64,000 nucleotides of DNA from Octopus vulgaris (taxonomy: Eukaryota). Made by a program: the position numbers and the translations under genes. Under the pieces are notes generated by a model. The model was not told where the DNA came from. It saw nothing but the letters and a program-made list of their open reading frames with translations, and made no database searches. This document shows positions 50,851-63,769 of this stretch, one piece after another. The stretch is from assembly GCA_951406725.2 (NCBI GenBank), contig OX597840.1:13144001-13208000 (forward strand). Direction: 5' to 3'. Numbering within the stretch: position 1 is the stretch's first letter; every line of letters starts with the position of its first letter.

Positions 50851-51409
50851 GAGGTGAAACCTCAACCATCTTTCTTACATCTACAAATTGTGTAGAAGCA
50901 TGGTATAACACTCCTATATCACAAAATTACTATATGTGTGTATATATTTATGTATATGTGTGTGTTTGGATGGGTGGATATATTAAACTATATATGTGTG
51001 TGTACATGTGAGCATGTATATATGTATCTTTTGTCTCTTGTTTCAGTCATTAGACTGCGGCCATACTGGGGCATCTCCTTGAGGAATTTCAGTCAAAGGA
51101 ATTGACCCCAATACTTTTTTTTAAAGTCTAACATATATTCTGTCGGCCTCTTTTGCTGGCTCTCACATAGTGGTGGGGGACAAACACACACACACACACA
51201 CACACACATATGACAGGCTTCTTTTAGTTTCTATCTACCAAATCCATTAACAAGGCTTTGGTCGGACCAGGGCTATAGTAGAAGACATTGACCTAAAGTA
51301 CCATGCAGTGGGACTGAACCCAGAACCATATGACTGGGAAACAGGCTTCTTAATACAGTCATACCTGTGCCTCTTACCACACACACGTATATATATATGC
51401 ATATATATG

Positions 51410-51462
<53 letters not shown>

Positions 51463-51799
51463 GCATGTGTGTGTGTGTGTATATATATGTATATGTATGC
51501 ATACACACACAACTGACTATATATACCTACACCCCTGGAAAGAATTATACACATCACACCACTAAAGATGTCACACACTACGTTCTCACAGGAGCACTAC
51601 ACTTAATAATGCACGCTTTCCCCACAAACACTTCAAGATAATTCTTACCGGCGTCACAGTGTACCCAACCGAGGGACATAACTCCTAACCGAATCCCCTG
51701 GCCCTTATTCAGTTCACAACCTTTTTCACAGCAGCCACAAACCAGATGTGTTAATCTACCCCTGACTATAGAGAGCAGTTACCATATTTCTTTCCATAT

Positions 51800-51893
51800 C
51801 GGCTAACTCTGATGAGCGTAAGGTTATATAATTGGATTGTTACCTAACACTCCATTGTATTCCTTGTGTGAAACCAATTGGTAAGATTAGCTG
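51800..51893 (+). ncRNA. Type I hammerhead motif with a long stem II
   Basis: ggctaact-CTGATGA-gcgtaagg...ccttgtgt-GAAA-ccaattgg-TA-agattagct; stem I with one bulge, 10-nt palindrome ACCAATTGGT; predicted cleavage after A51883. Confidence 0.72.
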
Positions 51894-52318
51894 TGAGGAA
51901 CATATAATGTTGTCCACTTCGGATAATATACCCACTCTACTGATAGATACATGAGTGCATCTTTTCCCTGATGTTTTATTGTCGTCTATTGTGTTCTTGT
52001 TCCATTTTTTGAATTTATATAGCAGTATGTGTACACCAAATCCAGAACTACTTACCTCCCTTACACATAATCATTTTACTCAGGGACTAGTAGACCTGAC
52101 AGCATTTATTACTCAGTGTGCATTCAAAGCAATGATTAGTAATTTCACGAAACCAGTATGCTTTTGAATTTCTTTAACAATTCACAATAATGACTTTTAT
52201 TACTTTTATTCCTACTTCAGTTCATCTAATTGTATATATCTATTGATACTTTTCATAAAAAGCCTTTACTTTTTTGATTTCCAATGTGCATTTTCACTTA
52301 GTTTTCTTCTTACTTTCC

Positions 52319-52374
<56 letters not shown>

Positions 52375-52646
52375 GTATGTATGTATCATTAATTAAATAT
52401 ATTCTGTTAGAATATTATACACTGAATTTATAATGAGTGTTCTTTGTATAAAATGCCAAAAATATTAATACTATGAAGTATTTAGACATTAATACGAGCG
52501 ATTATATATACTGTATTTTGAAATAATAGCATGAAATTCAGTATCAAACAATTTCTCACAAAGATCTATATGTCTAAAATAGTATTGCATTAAAATATAC
52601 ATATAAATATATGAAACGTGACAGCTTAAAAATTTGTTAATCAATG

Positions 52647-52739
52647 CATGTTACAATCGTTTCACGAAAGTATTGTCATTATAATGGAATCCATTGTTGA
52701 TACACATTGATAGACAATACTTCTGCTCATCAGAGATGG
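52647..52739 (-). ncRNA. Type I hammerhead motif with a long stem II
   Basis: RC catct-CTGATGA-gcagaagtattgtc...gacaatactttcgt-GAAA-cgattg-TA-acatg. Confidence 0.65.
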
Positions 52740-53219
52740 AGAAGATAAATTTTTTATAATATATCAAATGTTGCTTTAAAATTGGAAAAATATATGAGAA
52801 AGAATTTTTGAAAATGGATTAAAATTTACTGATTTAGATTTAAGCAGGTCGACTTCGATAATAACATTAAGTTTGTATTTATATCCTTGGTAAGTTCATC
52901 TCAGTAATCCATGACTGGTTTTGATTTGGTTGGAAAATTTCAAGTTTTTATGTATATATCCTTGTTAAATTCATCTTGGTAATCCATGACAATTTTGTGT
53001 AAACAGTACCTTATCCCGCATTCCATATTTGAGATGCAGAAGGTTGATTCTGGTTGGTTTTTTTAATACAATACTATTTTAGACATATATATCTTTGTGA
53101 GAAATTTTGTTTGATATTGAATTTCATGCCATTATTTCAAAATACTGTATATATATATGTGTGTGTGTGTGCGCGTGTATGTGTGTGTGTATACATATAT
53201 GTGTACATATATACAAATA

Positions 53220-53257
<38 letters not shown>

Positions 53258-53363
53258 GTGAAGGGAAGAAATGGAGCTGAACGAAGATTCTACAGAATTC
53301 CTTTTATTATTTTCTACACATGTTTCAATAATCCTTAACAAGATAATTCATTTATCCATTTCA

Positions 53364-53422
<59 letters not shown>

Positions 53423-53914
53423 TCTATGTGTATATATATATACATATATATGTGTATATATATACATATATGTATATATATACATATATATATGTGTTTA
53501 TGTATATTTGCAGTAATATGTAGTCATCCAGCTTATGCTAGCATTGATGTGATAAAAGTAGATGTTGTATGAATAAACATACACGCACACACACACATGT
53601 ATCTGTGTATGTCTGGATACATACATACATACATACATGTATATATATTAATATTTGTATACGTGTGTGCGTATATATATATATATATTAACATGTGTAG
53701 GTTTCTGTGTGTCTGTATAAAGCATTTATAAATGCATATTCATTCATATATGCATATGCATAAATATATGTTTGTGTGAGTGTTCATATATACACATAGA
53801 TATATATATATGTATATATGCACACATGCACATATATGTAAATGTATGTATATATGCACAGACACATGTATATATATATCTATGCACACACACATATATG
53901 TATATGTATGACAT

Positions 53915-54490
53915 TGTTCAGTTTTATTCCAAGATTTCTTGCCAATAGAGAAAGAGCTGGTTTCTAACCTAGATCCAAGGCTCCTTCATTGGAATTTCAA
54001 CATCAACAACAGGGTATTTTTGTTTTATGTATGTATGTATGTATGTTTCTATGTATGTATATGTGCAGATTTGTATGTTTTTTTTAAGTATGCCTTCTCA
54101 TGGATATACTTGTATATCTTGGCACCTGTGCAGGTGGCACGTAAAAAGCACCCACTACACTCACGGAGTGGTTGGCGTTAGGAAGGGCATCCAGCTGTAG
54201 AAACATTGCCAGATAAGACTGGAGCCTGGTGCAGCCTTCTGGCTTCCCAGATCCCCGGTCGAACCGTCCAACCCATGCTAGCATGGAGAACGGACGTTAA
54301 ACGATGATGATGATGATGATCTAGACATGTTCATATATATTTAAATGATGAACTTCTGGAAAGTTTTACAGATTTTTACAGTTCCAGTGATGGATTGAAT
54401 CTGTAGTCTTCGAATCAGCTTTCTCCTTTCTTGTTTTGAGAAGCCTAATTTCTCAAGATTAGTATTTAGGCAGTGTGTTTCATATCCTGT
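53915..54490 (-). mobile_element. 3' fragment of the RLE LINE seen at 1405-2080, interrupted by an RTE 3' end (54120-54320, +)
   Basis: Flanks match 1410-1740; the insert ends in (gat)n. Confidence 0.8.
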
Positions 54491-55489
54491 ATGTATGTAT
54501 GTACGTATGTATGCTCACTCTCATAGCTATATATAAATGTAATATTTAGTTATGGTAATCAATAGAAATAATAGAAAACAGCAAAACATTTCCTGCTGGC
54601 TGGTAGGCAGGCTGGTCGGGAATCAATATTATTATTAGAGTTAAATTTATTGATCATGTCAGAGTTGAGCAAGACTTCATATATCATCATCGTGCCATAT
54701 TCTTGTGTAAATCGGTTGAAATACTCTAAACGTATCAACCTCATCAAAGGGAAGTAACTCTCTAGACAAAAACAAAACAAAAAGAAAAATAGGTTAATAC
54801 ACAAATCAATACAGACAGATCAATACCGTGAATACCAAACTAATTACATAAATCAATATAAAGGACTAAAACTTCTTGAAGGTTCTACCCCAGCTTGGCT
54901 AAAGGCCAATGACTGATGCCAGTGAGTGAATAAAGAATAAAGGAATATAATTGGTTAATTTCCTAGAATGTGGTTGGATCCAATCCAAGAATCCAGTATT
55001 AGGTGCTAGAACAGTGTTGATTGTAATCGATTAGTTATTGATTTCGACCCATCTTCAAAGATTCTTATCGATTTGGGATCCCTTTTTGAACCACGTTGAA
55101 GAATATGTTCCATAGTTTTAATTAAGTCTGCAAACAAAAAATGGAAAATCTTACGCTTCTCCTCTTTCAACTCCTTTCCTTTATTAGGCTGCGACCATCC
55201 AGGGGCATTGCTTTGTATGGTCGCAGTCGATGGTATTGATCCCCAAACACCCCTCACCTCGCCCAGTGCTTATTTTGAAGTCTATAACCCATCAATATCT
55301 ATTTGTGGTGCCACTAAATTACAACGCATAACGGATGCACCGTGTTCTTTCTTTTTTTTTTAAGAAACACCAATATGCCAATATTAAGACAAAGAGACAG
55401 ACACCGAAATGCACACATGCATGCACGCATACATGCACGTGCGTATTTATGCATACTGGATGGCAGCGCTAAGCAGTGGTCTTTTTGTA

Positions 55490-56270
55490 TCTTTTATCTT
55501 TCTTGTTTTAGTCATTAGACTGTGGCCATGCTGGGGCATTGCCTTGAAGAACTTTTGAGTCAAATGAATCAATCCCACTAGTTAATTTCCTGCTAAGCCT
55601 GTTACTTATTCCATTAGACACCTTTGCTGAACTGCTAAGTTACAGGGACCCAAACACACCAACACATCAGATTCACTTACAGGATTTTGGTTGGCCCAAG
55701 GCTATAGAAGACACTTGCTCAAGGGGCCATACATGTGATGGAACCTCAAACAATGTGGTTGGGTGGCAAGCTTCTTACCATACACTCACTCGTGTGCCTA
55801 TATATATATATGTATATATGTTTACACACACACACACACATTTATATATACATACATATATATATATATACACACACAACAGGCTTCTTTCAGTAACCAT
55901 CTACCAAATCCACTCACAAGGCTTTGGTCAACCTGAGGCTATAGAATAAGACACTTGTCCAAGGTACCATGCAGTGGGACTGAACCCAGAACCATGTGGT
56001 TGGTAAGCAAGCTACTTACCACTCAGCCACTCCTGTGCCCATATTTTTATCAACAACTATATGAACTCACAGGTCTTCAACCTGTAGCTAGCTTGAGTGC
56101 CAATACACGAAACTCTTGGACCTTGAGTCATTCTGTTACTTCTGCTAAATATTAGTAAACACACACACACACACGACCAGCTTCTTTTGGTTTCTGTCTA
56201 TGAAATCCACTCTCAAGGCTTTGGTCAGTCCAAGGCTATTGCAGAAGACACTTGCCTAAGGTGCCAAGGT
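55490..56270 (-). mobile_element. Cluster of SINE family A fragments
   Basis: Repeated family motifs. Confidence 0.7.
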
Positions 56271-56427
56271 TTTAGCAGTTCCAATATGCTTGGACCATAT
56301 TTGTACCTGTAAGAAAGCCATTCACTAGAGCAAGAAATTCTATCTATGACAAAGCAAAGTGAATGGCTTTCTTATGCATTCACATATGCCCCAAACATAT
56401 TGGAACTAGTAATAACCTATATATATA

Positions 56428-56732
56428 TGTGGAGGCTCAATGGCCCAGTGGTTAGGGCAGCAGACTCGTGGTTGTAGGATCGCTGTTTCAATTCTCAGAC
56501 CGGGTGTTGTGAGTGTTTATTGAGCAAAAACACCTAAAGCTCCACGAGGCTCCGGCAAGGGGTGGTGGCAATCCCTGCTGTACTCTTTCACCCCAACTTT
56601 CTCTCACTCTTTCTTCTGTTGGCCTGCTCGCTTAGCCAGCGGGGTGGCATCATTTGAAGGCTAAAGCAATGCAAAGCGCATTGTGACCAGCAATGTGTAA
56701 CAACATCTGATAGCCTGGTCGATCACGGTGAT
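56428..56732 (+). mobile_element. SINE family C copy with tail Z
   Basis: Same head and body as 28606, different 3' ~115 nt. Confidence 0.82.
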
Positions 56733-57544
56733 ATATGTATACATCTTTATCTTCATTGTTTTAACATCCACTTTTCTGTGCTTGCATGGCTCAGACAGAT
56801 TACATAACAGTTGTAGAAATATTACGCAATCCTGCACATCACTTCATCAGTGCTCTGCAATTAATGGACCCGTGTAAGTGTATGTGTGTATATGTTTTTG
56901 TATTTCTGTTTGTTCCTTCCACCACTTGACAATCAGCGTTGGTCATATCTCAGTAGTTAGGCAGAAAGATACCAATAGAGTAAGAACTACAGTTAAAATC
57001 AGAAACAGGATCAATTCACCTGACTAAATCATTCAAAGTAGTGCTCTGGCATCACTGCAAACCATTGACTGAAACAAGAAACAGATTAAAAGAAAGAATA
57101 ACTATTTTGCAGTTTGTTTTTGAACACTATTTTAACGCTATTTGAATTTGTTTATAGCTAATATATTATCCTCAGCAAACTAATTTGTTTTGTTTGTTTT
57201 ACATAATTTTAAGAGAGATGAATCAAATGTTTTGCGATTTTGATCATAAACAAACACATATTACTCAGGCTCTAAATAACTATTTCTAAGCATATATAAC
57301 TTAAAACACATGTACATGCACACACATAAACACACACATATAAAGAACACACATGGGATTTAAAATTTATATATATATATAAGTAACACATGGGATTTAA
57401 AATTTATGACAGCTGTTTTGTTAGAATTTTACTGATGTATTCATAGATTACGTCATAACATATAAGCCATCATTTTCAGGTAAAATTTTAATCAGGCATC
57501 AAACAGGTGAGATAATACATCAATCATATATCTTGTTGGATCTA

Positions 57545-57757
57545 TACTCTTTTACTCTCTCTTTTACTTGTTTGTCATTTGAATGTGGCCATACTGGAGC
57601 ACCGCCTTTAGTTGAGCAGATCGACCCTAGGACTTATTCTTTGTAAGCCTAGTACTTATTCTAGCAGTGTCTTTTGCTGAACCGCTAAGTTACGGAGATG
57701 TAAATACACCAGCATCAGTTGTCAAGCAGTGTTGGGGGGACAAACACAGACACACAA

Positions 57758-57802
<45 letters not shown>

Positions 57803-57960
57803 CATATATACAATGGGCTTCTTTCAGTTCCATCTACCAAATCCACTCACATTAGATAGGAAAAAGAAAAAAAAACACACTAAACTGTTATTCAGTGGGA
57901 CTGAACCCGGAGCCATGTGGTTTGTAAGCAAACTACTTACCACACAGCCACTCCTGTGCA
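57545..57960 (-). mobile_element. SINE family A copy
   Basis: Family motifs. Confidence 0.83.
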
Positions 57961-57972
57961 TTTATTTATATA

Positions 57973-58832
57973 CAGGGTGCAGTAAATAAACTTTTATCTA
58001 AATTACGCAAAAATGAAAATAACACTGGCATTTCATTTTAATATATATATTTACCAAAATTACATTAAAATATCTTGAAATATTAAAGAGTAAATCTATT
58101 CAATAAAATTGCTGTTGGCTTCTACCACAGCCTCCAGACAACTTCAGAATCTCCTGCAACTCCAGAAGATGGTCTCCTTGTTTAAGTTGGTGAAGGCTGC
58201 CATAATCCTTGCCTTCAGTTCATATTTGGTGTTATAAGGAGTTTTGTTGGTCTCTCGCTCAACTGTGCCCACACATAATAATCAAGTGGGGTTGCAGTCT
58301 GGGGAATTAGGTGGCCAGATGTTAGGAGTGATGTGGAGGCAGAAATTTTCTCACAGCCATGACTGGGTTCTCCTGCTTGTGTGGCATGGTGCAGAGTCTT
58401 GTTGCCAGACATAGGGTCTTCCAGCAGCCAGCTGCTTGACTCATAGCAGCACTACATCCTCCAAGCACTTGATGGAGGCCTCTGTGTTGAGGCTGAGGCT
58501 GTATGGGAAGATGATTGGATGTATAGCATCACCATCACTAGTGATCACTCCAAACACCATCATGTTGACTGGATGTTTGATTTTTATCACTCTTGGTACA
58601 TATTTTCAGATTGCACTTTCCTGAGATTGACACCCAAATACTCTGAAATGTTCGTATTGGAGCTTCTGTCGTTTCCAAATTTCTGGATGAGTGAATTGCA
58701 TCATGGTGCTGTTTTTCTCACAGCTGGTGCCCAACTGACCCTACTATACTGTGTAGTCAACAAAATCAAAAACAAACAATGCACATGCAGGAAATTAAAA
58801 ATATATAGCGACAATTTACCCATCACTCCCTG
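57973..58832 (-). mobile_element. Internally deleted Tc1/mariner (maT-like) element
   Basis: tacaggg.../...ccctgta ends; RC WPPNSPDCNPLDYYVWA and KHPVNMMVFGVITSDG. Confidence 0.8.
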
Positions 58833-58857
58833 TATATAGATAAAATGGTGTATAGTG

Positions 58858-59172
58858 AAGGTGCATGACTCAGTGGTTAGAGTGGCGAGCTGACGATCGT
58901 CAGGTTGTGAGTTCGAATCCCAGACCGGGCTGCATGTTGTGTTCTTGAGCAAGACACTTTATTTCACATTGCTCCAGTTCACTCAGCTGTAGAATTGTGT
59001 TGTTACATCACTGGTGCCAAGCTGTATCGGCCCCTTTGCCTTTCCCTTGGATAACATCGGTGACGTGGAGAGGGAAGACTGGTATGCATGGGCGACTGCT
59101 GGTCTTCCATAAACAACCTTGCGCGGACTTGTGCCTGGTAGGGTAGCTTTCTAGGTGCAATCCCATGGTCAG
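58858..59172 (+). mobile_element. SINE family D copy with tail W
   Basis: tRNA head (tgactcagtggttagag...gagttcgaatccc), D body, unique tail. Confidence 0.78.
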
Positions 59173-59464
59173 TCATATTTTCAGATTGCACTTTCCTGAG
59201 ATTGACACCCAAATACTCTGAAATGTATCGTATTGTATATCTGTCGTTTCCATAATCATTGTCTGGATGAGTGAATTGCATCAATGGTGCTGCATTTCCA
59301 ATACAGCTGGTGCCCAACTGACCCTACTATACTGTGTAGTCAACAGGAAATCAAACTTTACTTGGAAGCAGGTGTGGGTTGGTGACAAGAAATGCATCTG
59401 GCTTGTTAAGAATCTGCCTCAACAGATTCCTCCTGACACGTGAAATAATGGGAAAGTGAACAGT

Positions 59465-59872
59465 AGGTGCAGGAGTGGCTGTGTGGTAAGTAGCTTGCTT
59501 ACCAACCACATGGTTCCGGGTTCAGTCCCACTGCGTGGCACCTTGGGCAAGTGTCTTCTACTATAGCCTCGGACCAACCAAAGCCTTGTGAGTGGATTTG
59601 GTAGACGGAAACTGAAAGAAGCCTGTCGTATATATGTATATATATATATGTGTGTGTGTGCGTGTATGTTTGTGTGTCTGTATTTGTCTCCCTAACATTG
59701 CTTGACAACCGATGCTGGTGTGTTTATGTCCCCATCACTTAGCGGTTCGGCAAAAGAGACTGATAGAATAAGTACTGGGCTTACAAAGAGTAAGTCCCAG
59801 GGTTGAGTTGCTTGATTAAAGGTGGTGCTCCAGCATGGCCACAGTCAAATGACTGAAACAAGTAAAAGAGTA
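59465..59872 (+). mobile_element. SINE family A copy, full length
   Basis: Family motifs. Confidence 0.9.
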
Positions 59873-60026
59873 AATTCATATATGTATGTATGTATGTGTA
59901 TGTGTGTGTGTTTATATATGTGTTATGCATGTATGTGTGTGTTTATATATATATATATATATATAAACACACACATACATGCACACACATATATAAACAC
60001 ACACACACATATATATATATTATATA

Positions 60027-60076
<50 letters not shown>

Positions 60077-60744
60077 GATTTATGGATATATATATGTGCG
60101 TGTGTGTACATATATATGTATGTATTATACATGTGACTGTGAATATGTGTGTGTGTGTATATGTGTGTGTATATATAAAGCAGCCTGCTGGCAACTTTTT
60201 TCATCTTATAAGGGTAAAATAGTCAATCTTTCTACTGTTTTCACAACTATACTCTGTTCAAAATGTATTTTCTTGTCTCTAATATGTGTGTGTGTGTGTG
60301 TGTGTATTTTAGAATTAGACACTTGAAGCTTTTAGCCTTTGCTTTCTTCTTACTTTAAGATGAAAGAATTCAGTTACTTTGATCTTTTCCCAAACACAGA
60401 CAATTCTTTTATCCTTTGTAAGTGATGTCACTACCATCTTTTTCAATATGTTCATCTTCTCTCTTCGCTTTTATAGTCATCTTGCTTATTGCCATCATCA
60501 TCATTTTCATTACCATCTTCTCTCAATTCTGTTTCCATTTCTTGCCGAGTGTCTTCTTGACACCTAGGGCAGAGAAACACGCTGTATACATTGGTAGGCC
60601 ATTAAAATAAACACCAAATTGTCCGTATTATTATTATTATTATTATTATTATCATCATCATTATTATTACTTTTTTTTTTCTTCTTTCAAATTTGCTTCC
60701 ATTTCTTGCCGAGTGTCTTCCCGACTCCTAGGGCAAAGAAACTA

Positions 60745-60775
<31 letters not shown>

Positions 60776-60794
60776 CATTATTATTATTATTATT

Positions 60795-61330
60795 ATTTTT
60801 TTTTTTTTTCCTTCTTTCTTCAAATTTTCTTCCGTTTCTCGCCGAGTGTTTTCCATACACCTAGGGCAGAGAAGGGCATTGTATGCATTCCCAGATTACA
60901 CGCGCAAATTCACAGATAAAATATGTAATTAAAAATTAATAAATAAATAAATTCATGGATGGATGTTATTTTCACAGCGATAGTGCTCTTCTCAGTACAT
61001 GAGCCGTTCCAGTTAATACAATTTTTTGCACTTCCTATAGGGATGGTAAGCCTGGAATCATTTTCAAATAGGTTTCAGTACCTTTTTTTACCATTCCTAG
61101 AGATCCTACAATCACTGGTACTGTAGTCGCCTTGAGATGCCACATTTTTTCAATTTCTATTAGCAGGTCTTTATACTTACTAATTTTGACAAATTCTTTC
61201 GCCGCTATATTGTGATCACAGGGAATACTCATGTCAATTAATAAACACATCCTTTTTGTCTGATCTTTTATAATAATATCCGGTATATTAGCTTTTATAG
61301 TCCTGTCGGTCTGCATGGGGAAGTCCCATT
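60795..61330 (-). mobile_element. 5'-truncated R4/Dong-type LINE (RLE domain + 3'UTR) inserted in (TAA)n
   Basis: ORF QTDRTIKANIPDIIIKD...LLIDMSIP...KISKYKDL..EIEKMW...VPVIVGSLG; (att)n on both sides. Confidence 0.88.
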
Positions 61331-61331
61331 A

Positions 61332-61395
<64 letters not shown>

Positions 61396-61469
61396 CATCA
61401 TCATTATTATCATTATTATTATTATTATTATTATTGTTATTATTATCATTATTATTATTATTATATTTC

Positions 61470-61940
61470 TTAGAGGTCTCAGTCTTATTTGCTCTGGTTG
61501 ATTCTGTGAGACCGGGCAGCAACCTGTTATCAGAGGTCATCACAGGTCTCCTTCCACAAATTGTAAGCTTTGATACATGGATGTTAACTTATTGAGGAAG
61601 ATACTCAACACCCAAAAACCAATCTCAAAATCCTAGCTGTCCCCAATAGAACAGATTTTGGGGCCTGCTCTGCCCTAATTTCAATTCTTATTTCTCCAAC
61701 ATATTTCTTGAATCTGGTTGTTAGTGCTCTGAATTCCCCGACAACAATTTGGATATCAGTTACTCTCCTCACTGCCCACATTCTTGCAACTTCATCTTTT
61801 AGTGGTCTATATTTTACCATCTTTTCCAGCTTTTTGTCATCTTTGCATGCATTTCCAGAAATGGTAATACCTATAATCTTGGTTTCCTTTTTTTCTTTTA
61901 TCCACTACACCAATGTCTGGTCTTCAAGCATTGACTAGGG
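61470..61940 (-). mobile_element. Second, diverged R4/Dong-type RLE fragment
   Basis: KYRPLKDEVARMW...IVVG...KSVLLGTARILRLVF; 3' end abuts (att)n. Confidence 0.78.
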
Positions 61941-62164
61941 AGTCACATTGGGTTGTAAAATCATCTTCATCAACATCCTCATCATTACTGAGGTTGATGT
62001 AATTGGCTAGCCCCTTCCCCAAAATTTCAGGCCTTGTGCCTCTAGTAGACAAAAGACCGAGACCTCCAGGGATATGCTGTGACTACGAAGACCCGACAAA
62101 TAAAGTGAGTTCATGGCTGTATCCTACACCAGTTTTGCATAACCAATCCAGCCCCAGATTGGAT

Positions 62165-62530
62165 TGTAGAGCAACCTGCTGTGCTTGAGGAGACCTATGG
62201 AGTCAAGTACATCAAATGGAAATTGTAGTTGTGATACCTGTGCCGGTGGTACGTAAAAAGCACCATCTGAAAGTGGCCGATGCCAGCACCACCTTGACTG
62301 GCTTCAGTGCCGGTGGCACGTAAAAAGTACCCACTACACTCACGGACTGGTTGGCGTTAGGAAGAGCATCCAGCTGTAGAAACACTGCCAGATCGGACTG
62401 GAGCCTGGTGCAGCCCCCTGGCCTCTCAAACCCCAGTTGAACCGTCCAACCCTTGCTAGCATGGAAAACGGACGTTAAATCCTCATTATCATCATCATCA
62501 TCAACATCATCATCAGCATCATCATCATTA
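62165..62530 (+). mobile_element. RTE LINE 3'UTR fragment
   Basis: Reverse match to 42885-43330. Confidence 0.8.
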
Positions 62531-63769
62531 TTAGTATTGAGTGAGAGAGCAGTGCATGCCATGAAAGTGACACTGGGGTAAAATATACGAAGCCCAGTAC
62601 ACCCATCATGACTACCCATCTGATAAGGGTACACCAGGCACATGCATCACAACCACATGTGCGCAACATGGTGATCTCATATCAAGATAAACAGTGCATG
62701 ACCTTGCAGGTGGGGCCCAGCTAGAATTTTCTTCTGGTCGAGTAACCCATTCCACTCAAATGGTCTCTGAATAAGGGTTGTTTAAGGATGATGAACGAAA
62801 CACCCATGTTTCCAGAGGTGAATTATTCAAACCCCAAAGAATCCCTCTCAACACACGGCTATGATGCTCCCCCACTACTTCTGCTTGTGATCAGAGATGC
62901 ACATATCGTCAGCCACTAAACAACTGACAAGCAAATCTGTGGTATTGAGCAGAATATTTTCTGTAGCCCATCTTTTATACCAAGACAAAACAATGTACAT
63001 GATAACACTTCCACTCAGTTAAGATCAGAAGCCATGAGAGCTACTACTGCCTAGTACTTCGTCAGGGCATTCATCATCATCATCATCATTATGAATGCAG
63101 TGAGCTGGCAGAATTGTTAGCACTCCAGGCGAAATACGTTGCAGTATTTCACCTGTTGCTATGTTCTGAGTACAAATTCCGCCGAGGTGGCAATGATGAT
63201 GGTGGAGAGGAGGGTGGTGGAGGTGGGTGCTGTTGATGATGGTAGTTGCGATGATGGTGGAGGTGCCGGTAGAGATGGTGATGTTGATGATGACGGGGGG
63301 GGGGGGGGGTGATAATGATGATGATAGCAGTTGTGATAGAAAAAGGTGGGAGTAGTAGTGATAGTAACTACTCCCACTAAATGCAAGAACAGTTTGTCAG
63401 ACACCATTCCTTCCACCCATTCTAAGAACAATTCCAAAGTACAGTCAGGTCATTCTGGGCATTGTCATTTCAGAAATAAAGCAATAAAGATTTCTTACAT
63501 TGGCACTGGGCCAGAAACATTGGTGGGAGGAAGGGGGTGGGGGCAGGGCCAAGTTAATTAACGAGAGTTTAATCAGTTTAGTTGCTGTGAGGAGGGTCTA
63601 AGGTTGGATACTTCAGGTTGTTACAGTTTGTCTGAGAATGAGGAAAATACAGAGAGAGAAAGAGAGAGAGAGAGAGAAAGTGATGCTGTTTACTTGGGAC
63701 GGAGAAAATGGTTAAACTCTACATTCTTCAAAACTGGTGAACTTAGTGGGGAGGGGAGATAGAAAGACA

